Positions 1 through 7,435 of a stretch of DNA of 44,894 nt are shown in pieces (the first letter of the stretch is position 1; each line of letters begins with the position of its first letter). The notes beneath the pieces are model-generated. The model was not told the DNA's origin, ran no database searches, and was given only the letters and a program-made list of their open reading frames with translations. Source of the stretch: Omnitrophica bacterium RIFCSPHIGHO2_02_FULL_51_18 (GTDB taxonomy: Bacteria > Omnitrophota > Gorgyraeia > 2-02-FULL-51-18); contig MHFI01000064.1 in assembly GCA_001804125.1 (NCBI GenBank), forward strand, positions 13,020 to 57,913, given 5' to 3'. The translations under genes and the position numbers were made by a program.

Positions 1-290
1 CGGAGCAAGGTCAAATAGGAGAAGAGCCCCGCCAAAGAACGCGGCGGACATATGCGGGCAAGCCCGCCCGCAAAACACTTCTCGGGTAGACCGCTATATA
101 GGATCCGTCCAGCAATGGACGGGCTAGAGGGATGATCATCCTAAGAGCAATGAAAAATGAAAAATTAAAAATGTAAAATTCTGGAACCGCTTCGCGGCCT
201 TCAATATAGGCCGCGTGAGCGATACAAATTTTTTCATTTTAAATTTTTAATTTTGCATTGATTTTAGACAGAACCCGGCTTACAGATCTA
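1..290 (+). ncRNA. rnpB: RNase P RNA, bacterial type A-like (3' portion; 5' part outside window)
   Basis: Conserved landmarks in correct order: GGAGCAAGGTCAAATAGG (2-19), CGGGTAGACCGCT (83-95), P18-like hairpin CCGTCCAGCAATGGACGG, AGAGGGATGAT, and the 3' signature ACAGAACCCGGCTTACAG (268-285). Exact 3' end approximate. Confidence 0.93.
141..267. repeat. Long heptamer-repeat hairpin occupying the P19 position of RNase P RNA
   Basis: Left arm 4x7-mer AAAAATG AAAAATT AAAAATG TAAAATT (153-180); right arm complementary 7-mers (227-255); closing CAATG/CATTG and CTAAGA/TTTTAG; GC-rich tip CGCGGCCT..AGGCCGCG. Confidence 0.85.
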
Positions 291-300
291 CAAATGTCAA

Positions 301-402
301 CCGTCCTTTCCTGGAGATGACGGGGCGTTCCACGGCCCCGACCGACGTGCCACAATCAAGGGATTGTGGCCTGGTGAAAATCAGGAAAGGACGGCCCTTT
401 TT
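301..402 (+). terminator. Multibranched inverted repeat with T-tract downstream of rnpB (probable terminator or structured element)
   Basis: Perfect 13-bp IR CCGTCCTTTCCTG (301-313)/CAGGAAAGGACGG (382-394) enclosing two hairpins, followed by CCCTTTTT. Confidence 0.5.
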
Positions 403-432
403 GGAGTTCGAAATTCTTTTCCTACTAAAACA

Positions 433-461
433 TTGCATAGGGGTGCTTTCTTTGCTAGTAT
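433..461 (+). promoter_or_regulatory. Putative sigma70 promoter for the TPR/PDZ gene
   Basis: TTGCAT (433-438), 17-bp spacer ending in TGn, TAGTAT (456-461). Confidence 0.45.
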
Positions 462-550
462 ACTATATGTAGCGTGTTCTAAAATGTTCCAGTTTTAACA
501 GCTTTCGTTGATCGCCAGCAAAAAAAGAGAGCGGCTCTTCTATTTCAACG

Positions 551-1510
551 ATGATTCTAAAAAAGTGGTGCCTCTTGCCCTCTCTTTTTCTTTGTACGAA
601 TTTGTTTGCGGACACGGTGATTCTGAAAAATGGCAAGGAAATCAAGGGCCTCGTGGTCGAGGAGCACAGCGACCGGATAATCTTCAGCACTGAAAGGGGC
701 GAGATTCCGATTCTTCGCAAGGGCGTGAGTAACATCCGCTATGATGATCCGGCTCAGAATTTCATGCGGGTCGGAAAGGCCTATGAAGAAGACGGCAAAT
801 TAGGGGAAGCGCTTGCGTTTTACGAAAAGGCCGCTGAGGTCAATCCTAATTTTGAAGAAGCCCAAAAAGCGGCCGTAGGCGTCCGAAACCGATTTTGGGC
901 TTCTTCCATGGAAGGACCTCGGAACGAGATGGAGAAACAACAGGTGATCTACGATTCCTGGGGGAAGGGCCTGCCTATTGAGGAGCTGATTAAAAAAGGG
1001 GAGGTGGAGCAGCAAAAAATTTTAAGGACGAATTTGGGGGTTGTGCTTGAGAAAAAAGGGGACTGGGTGCATCTGGAGATAGTGGAATTGCGGAAGGAAG
1101 CGGCGCTCGCGGGTTTAAAAAAAAACGATCGCCTGATCTCCATCGACAGCCAGTCCTTGCGGTATCTCGGCGTCGAGGCGGTCGCCAAGCACCTGATGTT
1201 GCCGCGTCTGTCGCATTACCTTCTCGAATTTGAGCGGAATTGTTTTTTGCATAAGGAGCCGGCAAAGGCGGATCTCAAGCAGTTGGGGGTTAAGCTGAGG
1301 CTGGGTCATGAGGGACTTGTGATTGATTCGGTTAAGCAGGGAAGTGCGGCGGAAAAAGCGGGCCTTAAGGAAAACGATCTTCTAGTACGGATCAACGAGG
1401 AAACCACCCGGTACACGCCGCTCCAGAAGGTGGTGCAATTGATTCAGGGCTCGACCGATGACCGGATTGTTTTTACGGTCCGGCGCGCGGCGCTTTTGGC
1501 AAGAAAATAA
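551..1510 (+). CDS. Exported protein with TPR repeat and two PDZ-like domains
   Basis: Signal peptide (..LFA/DTVILKNG), TPR-like AQNFMRVGKAYEEDGKLGEALAFYEKAAEVNP, two PDZ-type motifs (AALAGLKKNDRLISID; SAAEKAGLKENDLLVRIN). Confidence 0.8.
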   Translation: MILKKWCLLPSLFLCTNLFADTVILKNGKEIKGLVVEEHSDRIIFSTERGEIPILRKGVSNIRYDDPAQNFMRVGKAYEEDGKLGEALAFYEKAAEVNPNFEEAQKAAVGVRNRFWASSMEGPRNEMEKQQVIYDSWGKGLPIEELIKKGEVEQQKILRTNLGVVLEKKGDWVHLEIVELRKEAALAGLKKNDRLISIDSQSLRYLGVEAVAKHLMLPRLSHYLLEFERNCFLHKEPAKADLKQLGVKLRLGHEGLVIDSVKQGSAAEKAGLKENDLLVRINEETTRYTPLQKVVQLIQGSTDDRIVFTVRRAALLARK

Positions 1511-1511
1511 A

Positions 1512-1949
1512 GTGGCTTCACTCCTTCGCCGCAAAAAATATTTCGTAAACCGCGGGTTGCAGCTTCGTTTTGCGCGGGTGGTTATTTTCTTTGCGTTTGT
1601 ATCCTCGCTTGTCACGGGAGTCGTGATCTTTGGCGCGACCTTCATGTTGTTGGGTGAAAAACTGGCAAATGTTTATCCGCAGGGAAGGCTCGTCGAGATT
1701 TTTCGGTCCGCCTACGCCGCTTTTTTCATCAGCATGCTTATCATGGTGCCCTTTATTTTCTATGGGGCCATTGTTTTTTCGCACCGCATCGCTGGCCCGC
1801 TTCCCAAAATTTATGAGGCCTTGCGGCAGGTGGGAGGGGGCAATTTCGATGTCAATTTGATCTTAAGAAAGCGTGACGAACTGCGAGAGCTGGCGAATGT
1901 GATCAACGCGATGGCCAAAAATTTAAGGGAGAGAGAAACTAGAAAATGA
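1512..1949 (+). CDS. Two-TM membrane protein with C-terminal HAMP domain
   Basis: Two hydrophobic segments then SHRIAGPLPKI..VGGGNF..RKRDELRELANVINAM HAMP motif; GTG at 1512, just after the upstream stop, preferred to 1458. Confidence 0.8.
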   Translation: MASLLRRKKYFVNRGLQLRFARVVIFFAFVSSLVTGVVIFGATFMLLGEKLANVYPQGRLVEIFRSAYAAFFISMLIMVPFIFYGAIVFSHRIAGPLPKIYEALRQVGGGNFDVNLILRKRDELRELANVINAMAKNLRERETRK

Positions 1950-2007
1950 GAGAAATTCCCGCATGGGTCTTGTGACCCGCGCGGATCATTCAGCCGAAAG
2001 TTTTTTC

Positions 2008-2051
2008 AAAAAGGAGAGGCTTCTTCCGGACGGGGAGGTCTCTCCCTTTTT
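2008..2051 (+). terminator. Intrinsic (possibly bidirectional) terminator
   Basis: AAAAAGGAGAGGCTTCTTCC-gga-CGGGGAGGTCTCTCCCTTTTT hairpin with A-run before and T-run after. Confidence 0.65.
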
Positions 2052-2062
2052 ATTCAAATCTG

Positions 2063-2091
2063 TTGACAGGCAGGCACCCTGGGTGTACAAT
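2063..2091 (+). promoter_or_regulatory. sigma70 promoter of the dcw operon
   Basis: TTGACA (2063-2068)-17 bp-TACAAT (2086-2091) upstream of mraZ. Confidence 0.85.
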
Positions 2092-2110
2092 TTCCCCATA
2101 ATCACCCAAA

Positions 2111-2136
2111 AAGTGGGGGAAAGTGGAGACAAGGGT
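2111..2136 (+). promoter_or_regulatory. MraZ binding boxes
   Basis: 10-bp periodic AAGTGGGGGA AAGTGGAGAC AAGGGT, matching the established GTGG-N6 MraZ repeat, between promoter and mraZ start. Confidence 0.75.
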
Positions 2137-2138
2137 AG

Positions 2139-2603
2139 ATGTTCTACGGAGAGCATGAGCATAGCATTGACCGAAAAGGGCGTCTCATCATTCCTTCAAA
2201 ATTCAGAGAGGTATTCAAAGAAAACTATGTGGAGCGATTTTTCGTCACTCGGGGCCTTGATATGTGTCTCTTTGTATTCACGGAGGATGAGTGGAAGAAG
2301 CAGGAGTCCAAGTTTAAATCTCTTCCATTTACGTCCAGCGAAACCAGAAATTTCAACCGGCTCTACTTTTCCGGAGCGTGTGAAGTTACCTGTGACAAGC
2401 AAGGGCGAATACTTGTCCCGGAATACTTGAAGGAATATGCACAAATCAAGCGGGATGTCGTGATTGTGGGGGTATCCAACCGCATGGAGATATGGAGCAA
2501 GGAGGCCTGGGCCGCGTTTTACAAGAACACGAAGGACTCCTTTGAAAAGATAGCGGAAAACATGTTCGGCGGCGCTTCCGCTGGCTCGGTGGAATCCTCC
2601 TAG
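2139..2603 (+). CDS. mraZ: Transcriptional regulator MraZ
   Basis: MFYGEHEHSIDRKGRLIIP and DKQGRILVP tandem AbrB-type motifs. Confidence 0.97.
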   Translation: MFYGEHEHSIDRKGRLIIPSKFREVFKENYVERFFVTRGLDMCLFVFTEDEWKKQESKFKSLPFTSSETRNFNRLYFSGACEVTCDKQGRILVPEYLKEYAQIKRDVVIVGVSNRMEIWSKEAWAAFYKNTKDSFEKIAENMFGGASAGSVESS

Positions 2604-2619
2604 GAGAGAGGGGTTTGGC

Positions 2620-2823
2620 ATGAAAAAAAACGGCAAAAAGGAATTTCACGCAAGCTTGTTCGCCGGGTCGGAGCTTCAGTTTGAGGCGACGTTGGAAAAT
2701 TTTAAGCGCCGCCGCGCGCTTTCGCCTTTGTCGCCGATAGACATGCGCTCCCGGCTTTTTTTTGAAAGGATTTTGCAGGTTAAGAAAATAAGAGACCTCG
2801 TGTTTTGCGGGAGAGCCCGATAA
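2620..2823 (+). CDS. Small basic hypothetical protein (67 aa)
   Basis: ATG preceded by purine-rich AGGAGAGAGGGG; fills the mraZ-rsmH gap on the operon strand; no recognisable motif. Confidence 0.5.
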   Translation: MKKNGKKEFHASLFAGSELQFEATLENFKRRRALSPLSPIDMRSRLFFERILQVKKIRDLVFCGRAR

Positions 2824-3764
2824 ATTCGTTCCCCTTCGCTAAAGCTTCGGGGGATGCCCTCCGAAGCCTCGGCGTAGGAGGGCAGCATAAAAGCGTTCTA
2901 TTGGCCGAGGCGGTCGAGTGGCTCGGGATACAAAAACCGGCCGTGATCGTGGATGGAACCCTCGGGTCAGGCGGGCATGCGGAGGAGATTTTAAGGCGGC
3001 TCGGGCCAAAGGGGAAGTTGATCGGGTTCGATAAGGATCCGGAAGCGGTCCGTGAAGCCGCCGAGAGGCTTGAAAGGTTCGGGGAACAGGCGATGATTAT
3101 TCGGGATGACTTTAAAAATATCGCAAGGCGTTTGAGCCAGGCGAATGTTCACTCCGCGGACGGCGTGCTGTTGGATCTGGGCGTTTCTTCGATGCAGTTG
3201 GACCGCGAACAGCGTGGATTCAGTTTTTCAAAAAATGGGCCGCTGGACATGCGCATGGACCCTCAAAGCGCTTTGTCCGCGACGGAAATCGTGAACCATT
3301 ATCCGGAAAAAGAGCTTGCGGATATCTTCTGGAATTTCGGTCAGGAGCGCCATTCGCGAAGGATCGCGAGTCGGATAGTCCGGGAGCGCTCCCGGAAAAA
3401 GATCCTGACTACGGCGGCGCTTGAGCAGGTTATTTTCCATTCGGTCCCCAGGACTTACCGCTACGGGCGGATCCACCCCGCGACGAGGTCGTTTCAGGCG
3501 CTTCGGATCGTGGTGAATGACGAGCTGGGCTCCTTGCAGCGCTTTCTATCCGAAGTGGTTTCCCTGTTGAAACCCAGGGGACGGGTCGTTATTATTTCGT
3601 TTCATTCGCTGGAAGATCGGCTTGTCAAGCAGGCGTTTCGTGAGTTTGAGAGGCAGGGGTTGGGCCAAGTATTGACAAAAAAGCCTGTGGTTGCCGGTGA
3701 GCCGGAGATACAGGAAAACCCGAGAGCGCGCAGTGCGAAGCTCCGGGTATTTGAGAAAGCGTAA
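2805..3764 (+). CDS. rsmH: 16S rRNA m4C1402 methyltransferase RsmH (MraW)
   Basis: HKSVLL, VDGTLGSGGHA, DLGVSSMQLD, GPLDMRMD, ISFHSLEDR, NPRARSAKLR. Start uncertain (TTG 2805 is the only standard start before HKSVLL). Confidence 0.96.
   Translation: MRESPINSFPFAKASGDALRSLGVGGQHKSVLLAEAVEWLGIQKPAVIVDGTLGSGGHAEEILRRLGPKGKLIGFDKDPEAVREAAERLERFGEQAMIIRDDFKNIARRLSQANVHSADGVLLDLGVSSMQLDREQRGFSFSKNGPLDMRMDPQSALSATEIVNHYPEKELADIFWNFGQERHSRRIASRIVRERSRKKILTTAALEQVIFHSVPRTYRYGRIHPATRSFQALRIVVNDELGSLQRFLSEVVSLLKPRGRVVIISFHSLEDRLVKQAFREFERQGLGQVLTKKPVVAGEPEIQENPRARSAKLRVFEKA
2829..2882. repeat. REP-like palindrome within the 5' end of rsmH
   Basis: CCTTCGCTAAAGCTTCGGGGG-atg-CCCTCCGAAGCCTCGGCGTAGGAGGG forms an imperfect long hairpin. 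Confidence 0.7.
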
Positions 3765-3776
3765 CCCAGGGGTCCC

Positions 3777-4145
3777 ATGAGGCGTTTTATTGCGTCTTTA
3801 ATCTGTGCGGTGATTGCGGGCCTTTTTTACGTTTCGATGGAAGTCGAAGCTGTGAAGACCGGCTACATGATTCGTCAACAGGAAGAGATGAAGGTGCAGC
3901 ATCTTGACCGCGGCCGGGCGCTCAAGTACAATATTGCACGTCTGGAAGCTCCTCACAATCTTGAACGCAAACTCATGGCGCAGAAGATACTTTTGGCGCC
4001 TCCGAAGGAGTGGCAGACCCTGGTTTTGGTCAATGGCAGCCGGGTGCGTCCCAACGCCCAAGTGGCCGGCCCTTTAAACCAGCCGCCTTATTTTCTTAGG
4101 TTTTTTGTAGGCACGGCCCAAGCGGAAGCCAAAGACACACATTAA
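3777..4145 (+). CDS. ftsL: FtsL-like cell division protein
   Basis: Position between rsmH and ftsI; N-terminal TM then coiled-coil ending in LEAPHNLE. Confidence 0.65.
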   Translation: MRRFIASLICAVIAGLFYVSMEVEAVKTGYMIRQQEEMKVQHLDRGRALKYNIARLEAPHNLERKLMAQKILLAPPKEWQTLVLVNGSRVRPNAQVAGPLNQPPYFLRFFVGTAQAEAKDTH

Positions 4146-4169
4146 GATTTTTAAGATTTTCGGAACATT

Positions 4170-5975
4170 TTGCTCGACACCCAGCTTTCCAAAACGCGGC
4201 TTTTCTTTATTTTTTCTTTTTTATTCGTAGCCCTTTTTTCCCTCTTTTTACGGCTCGGCTTTCTCCAAATCTTTAAGTCCTCGAAATTCCAATCCATCGC
4301 CCAAAACCAATCCCGGGCTACAATTGAAATACCCCCGGTCCGCGGCAAAATCCTCGACCGCCAGGGACGGGAACTCGCGCTTGACGTGAGGCTCGATTCG
4401 CTTTACGCGGTTTCGCGTGAAATAAAGAACAAATCCCAGCTTGCCGACAGACTTTCAAAGATACTCACAGCAAACCGCGCTTTGCTTTATGAAAAACTCT
4501 CCCGTGACAAGCTTTTTGTGTGGTTGGCGAGAAAAATTTCGGACGTAAAATCTGAGGCTGTGACAAGACTTAAGGAAAGCGGTCTCGGATTCATCAAAGA
4601 ATCGATGCGCGTTTATCCCAAGGGCGAAATTGCCTGCCACCTGGTGGGGTTCACCGATATTGATAACGAGGGGTTGGAGGGGATCGAGCTTCACTACAAC
4701 AGCTTCCTCAAGGGCGTGCCCGGTTGGCGCATGGTCCAAAAGGATGCCAAGCAACGCGAGCTTATTTCAAGGGAAATCGAGATGGTGCCGCCGGTGGACG
4801 GCTACCAGGTGCACCTGACGATCGACGAGGTGATCCAGACGCTGGCCGACCAGGAACTGGCAAATACCTGTAAAAAATTCAATGCCAAGGGCGGCTCGAT
4901 TATCGTGATGGACCCGAAGAGCGGTGACATTCTCGCCCTATCGACCTACCCGGTCTACGACCCAAATAACGCCAAGCAATCAAGCTTGGAGGCGCGCAGG
5001 AACCGTGCGATTACGGACCTCTTTGAACCGGGATCGGTGTTTAAGATTTTTACGCTGGCCGCGATCCTGGAGGGGAAGGCAGTGCGCTTGGATGAGAAGT
5101 TTGATTGTGAAGGCGGTTCATGGGCGGTGGCGGGCAAGGTGCTTCATGACCATAGAGGTCATGGTCTCATGACGTTCAGGGAAATCATTGAAAAGTCGAG
5201 CAATATCGGGACCGTGAAGGGGGCGATGAGGCTCGGCGCCCAGAAACTTTATAAGGCGCTGCGCGCGTTCGGGTTTGGCGAAAGAACGGGCATTCCGCTG
5301 GCCGGCGAAATCAACGGCCTGCTGCCGCATCCAAAGCATTGGTCCAGAAGTTCCATTATCAATATCCCGATCGGCCAGGGCGTTGCCGTCACCCCGCTGC
5401 AGCTGACCTCGGCGGCCGCGGCGGTCGCGAATAACGGCCTGTGGGTGCGGCCCAGGATCGTGACGCATATCGATGACCAGGAGGGGCGTGTCGTCAAGAA
5501 CTTTGACGTTGAACCGGTCCGGCAGGTGATTTCCAAAGAAACCGCGCTCCAAGTGCGTTCCGTGCTGGAGGGCGCCGTGTCGCGCGGCACTGGAAAGAAG
5601 GCTATGGTTCCGGGTTTCAAGGCCGCCGGCAAGACGGGGACCGCGCAGAAACTTCTGCCCAACGGCGCGTATTCGCACGATCATTTTATCGCTTCGTTTG
5701 TGGGTTTCGTACCGTATGATGAGCCGAAGGTCGTGATTGGAGTCAACATTGACGAACCGCATCCGGTGTATTACGGAGGCGAAGTGGCCGCACCCGCTTT
5801 TTCAAAAGTGGCCTCGGGGGTCATGGCTTATTGGCGCATCCAGCAAGCGCTCCCTCCGCCCGAAGTGGTTTCCGCCGCCAAAAATCCCCATAAAAAAGCG
5901 AAAGCAAAAATTACGCCCGGTTCCTTGCCGGCGCCGCTGGAACTGCAGTCTCAGGGCGGCGTTGCCGGGCGATGA
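4170..5975 (+). CDS. ftsI: Class B penicillin-binding protein FtsI
   Basis: RGKILDR, GLEGIE, EPGSVFK (SxxK), KSSN (SxN), GKTGTAQ; dcw position. Confidence 0.95.
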   Translation: MLDTQLSKTRLFFIFSFLFVALFSLFLRLGFLQIFKSSKFQSIAQNQSRATIEIPPVRGKILDRQGRELALDVRLDSLYAVSREIKNKSQLADRLSKILTANRALLYEKLSRDKLFVWLARKISDVKSEAVTRLKESGLGFIKESMRVYPKGEIACHLVGFTDIDNEGLEGIELHYNSFLKGVPGWRMVQKDAKQRELISREIEMVPPVDGYQVHLTIDEVIQTLADQELANTCKKFNAKGGSIIVMDPKSGDILALSTYPVYDPNNAKQSSLEARRNRAITDLFEPGSVFKIFTLAAILEGKAVRLDEKFDCEGGSWAVAGKVLHDHRGHGLMTFREIIEKSSNIGTVKGAMRLGAQKLYKALRAFGFGERTGIPLAGEINGLLPHPKHWSRSSIINIPIGQGVAVTPLQLTSAAAAVANNGLWVRPRIVTHIDDQEGRVVKNFDVEPVRQVISKETALQVRSVLEGAVSRGTGKKAMVPGFKAAGKTGTAQKLLPNGAYSHDHFIASFVGFVPYDEPKVVIGVNIDEPHPVYYGGEVAAPAFSKVASGVMAYWRIQQALPPPEVVSAAKNPHKKAKAKITPGSLPAPLELQSQGGVAGR

Positions 5976-7435
5976 TTTCCTTAAAAAATTTGGTACACGA
6001 CGCCTACCCGGACCGTCCTTTTTTGGTTCTGATTCCTGACATTCCCGTCAAAAGCATTGAGTGCGATTCGAGAAAAGTCGAGAAGGGTTTCGTGTTCGTT
6101 GCGATTTGCGGAACCAGGCAGGATGGAAATGCTTTTGTGGAGGAAGCCATCCGGCGCGGCGCAGCAGCCGTCGTGGCTGACCGGGCGGCCGCGGTTCCCC
6201 CAACCATCCCTTTTATTCTCGTGCCGGATGCGCGCATCGCCGCTGCGCGGCTTGCAGACGTGTTTTATTCCCATCCTTCGCGAAAAATGAAGCTCGTCGG
6301 CATTACCGGCACTAACGGAAAGACCACCACAAGTTTTCTGATTGAGCATATGTTGCGCGGTGAACGTCAAAATGTGGGCCTGATCGGCACCGTGAATTAC
6401 CATTTCGCCGGAAAAGAAATTCCGGCTGCCGAAACCACGCCCGGGCCTTTAAGGCTTCAAGCCTTATTGTCCCAAATGTGCGAAAATCTCTGTGACCATG
6501 TCGTGTTGGAGGTCTCCGCGCACGCGATTGACCAAAACCGCACAGCGGGCATTCATTTCCAATCGGCGCTTTTCACCAATTTAACCCGGGACCATCTGGA
6601 CTATTTCGAATCCCTCGAAAATTATTTCAACTGCAAAGCGCGGTTTTTTACGTCGCTTTCAGAGGACCAAGCGGCGGTGTTGAATCAGGACGACCCGAGG
6701 GTGCGGACGCTTAAGGAAAAAACGCGTGCACGGGTCATTACCTTCGGAATCGAAAACCCGGCGGATCTGAAAGCGGAAGTAGTTGAATCGGATTTAAAAA
6801 ACACCCGCTTTCGTTTGCACTGGCCGCGCGGCGAGATTTTCGTCGAAATTCCACTTGTCGGTCTTCATAATGTGTACAATGCTTTGGGTGCTTTGGCGGT
6901 GATGCAGAGCCTTGGTTTTGATTTGGCCGCGGCGGCGGGTCATCTTTCAGATTTTAAAGGCGTGCCGGGGCGTCTGGAACGCGTGGACCGCGGGCAGAAT
7001 TTCTCTGTGTTTGTCGACTACGCGCATACGCCGGATGGTTTGGAGAATGTGTTGAGAAGCCTGAAACCTTATAAAAAGGGAAAGCTCATCACGCTGTTTG
7101 GGTGCGGCGGAGACAGGGACCGGGGTAAGCGGCCTCTGATGGCAAAAATTGCAAGCGGCTATTCCGATTTCGTTGTGATTACCTCGGACAACCCGCGCTC
7201 GGAGGATCCGCGGGACATCGCCGCTGAAATCCAGGCCGGTTTTCCCGGAGGATTTAAAGATTACGTGTCGACGCTTGATCGTAAAAAAGCGATTCGCCAG
7301 ACGCTTCTTATGGCGCGCGAGAACGACATTGTGCTTTTGGCCGGCAAGGGCCATGAAACCACCCAAGTGGTCGGAAACGAAACGCTTCCTTTCAGTGATC
7401 AGGAGGAGGCGGAAAGGGTGCTGGATGGACGTTAG
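5972..7435 (+). CDS. murE: UDP-MurNAc-dipeptide meso-DAP ligase MurE
   Basis: GITGTNGKTT, NLTRDHLDY, DYAHTPD, DNPR (DAP-specificity motif), AGKGHE. Confidence 0.96.
   Translation: MISLKNLVHDAYPDRPFLVLIPDIPVKSIECDSRKVEKGFVFVAICGTRQDGNAFVEEAIRRGAAAVVADRAAAVPPTIPFILVPDARIAAARLADVFYSHPSRKMKLVGITGTNGKTTTSFLIEHMLRGERQNVGLIGTVNYHFAGKEIPAAETTPGPLRLQALLSQMCENLCDHVVLEVSAHAIDQNRTAGIHFQSALFTNLTRDHLDYFESLENYFNCKARFFTSLSEDQAAVLNQDDPRVRTLKEKTRARVITFGIENPADLKAEVVESDLKNTRFRLHWPRGEIFVEIPLVGLHNVYNALGALAVMQSLGFDLAAAAGHLSDFKGVPGRLERVDRGQNFSVFVDYAHTPDGLENVLRSLKPYKKGKLITLFGCGGDRDRGKRPLMAKIASGYSDFVVITSDNPRSEDPRDIAAEIQAGFPGGFKDYVSTLDRKKAIRQTLLMARENDIVLLAGKGHETTQVVGNETLPFSDQEEAERVLDGR

Noticed and set aside
1956-1986. 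Hairpin CCGCATGGGTC/GACCCGCGCGG as a riboswitch
   Set aside because: Lies upstream of the terminator and of the mraZ promoter; no aptamer consensus recognised.
1963-2430. 155-aa ORF overlapping mraZ
   Set aside because: Runs over the terminator, promoter and mraZ in another frame; no recognisable motif.
2676-2888. 70-aa minus-strand ORF starting MLPSYAEASEG
   Set aside because: Reverse-strand translation of the palindromic repeat, antisense to the dcw operon.
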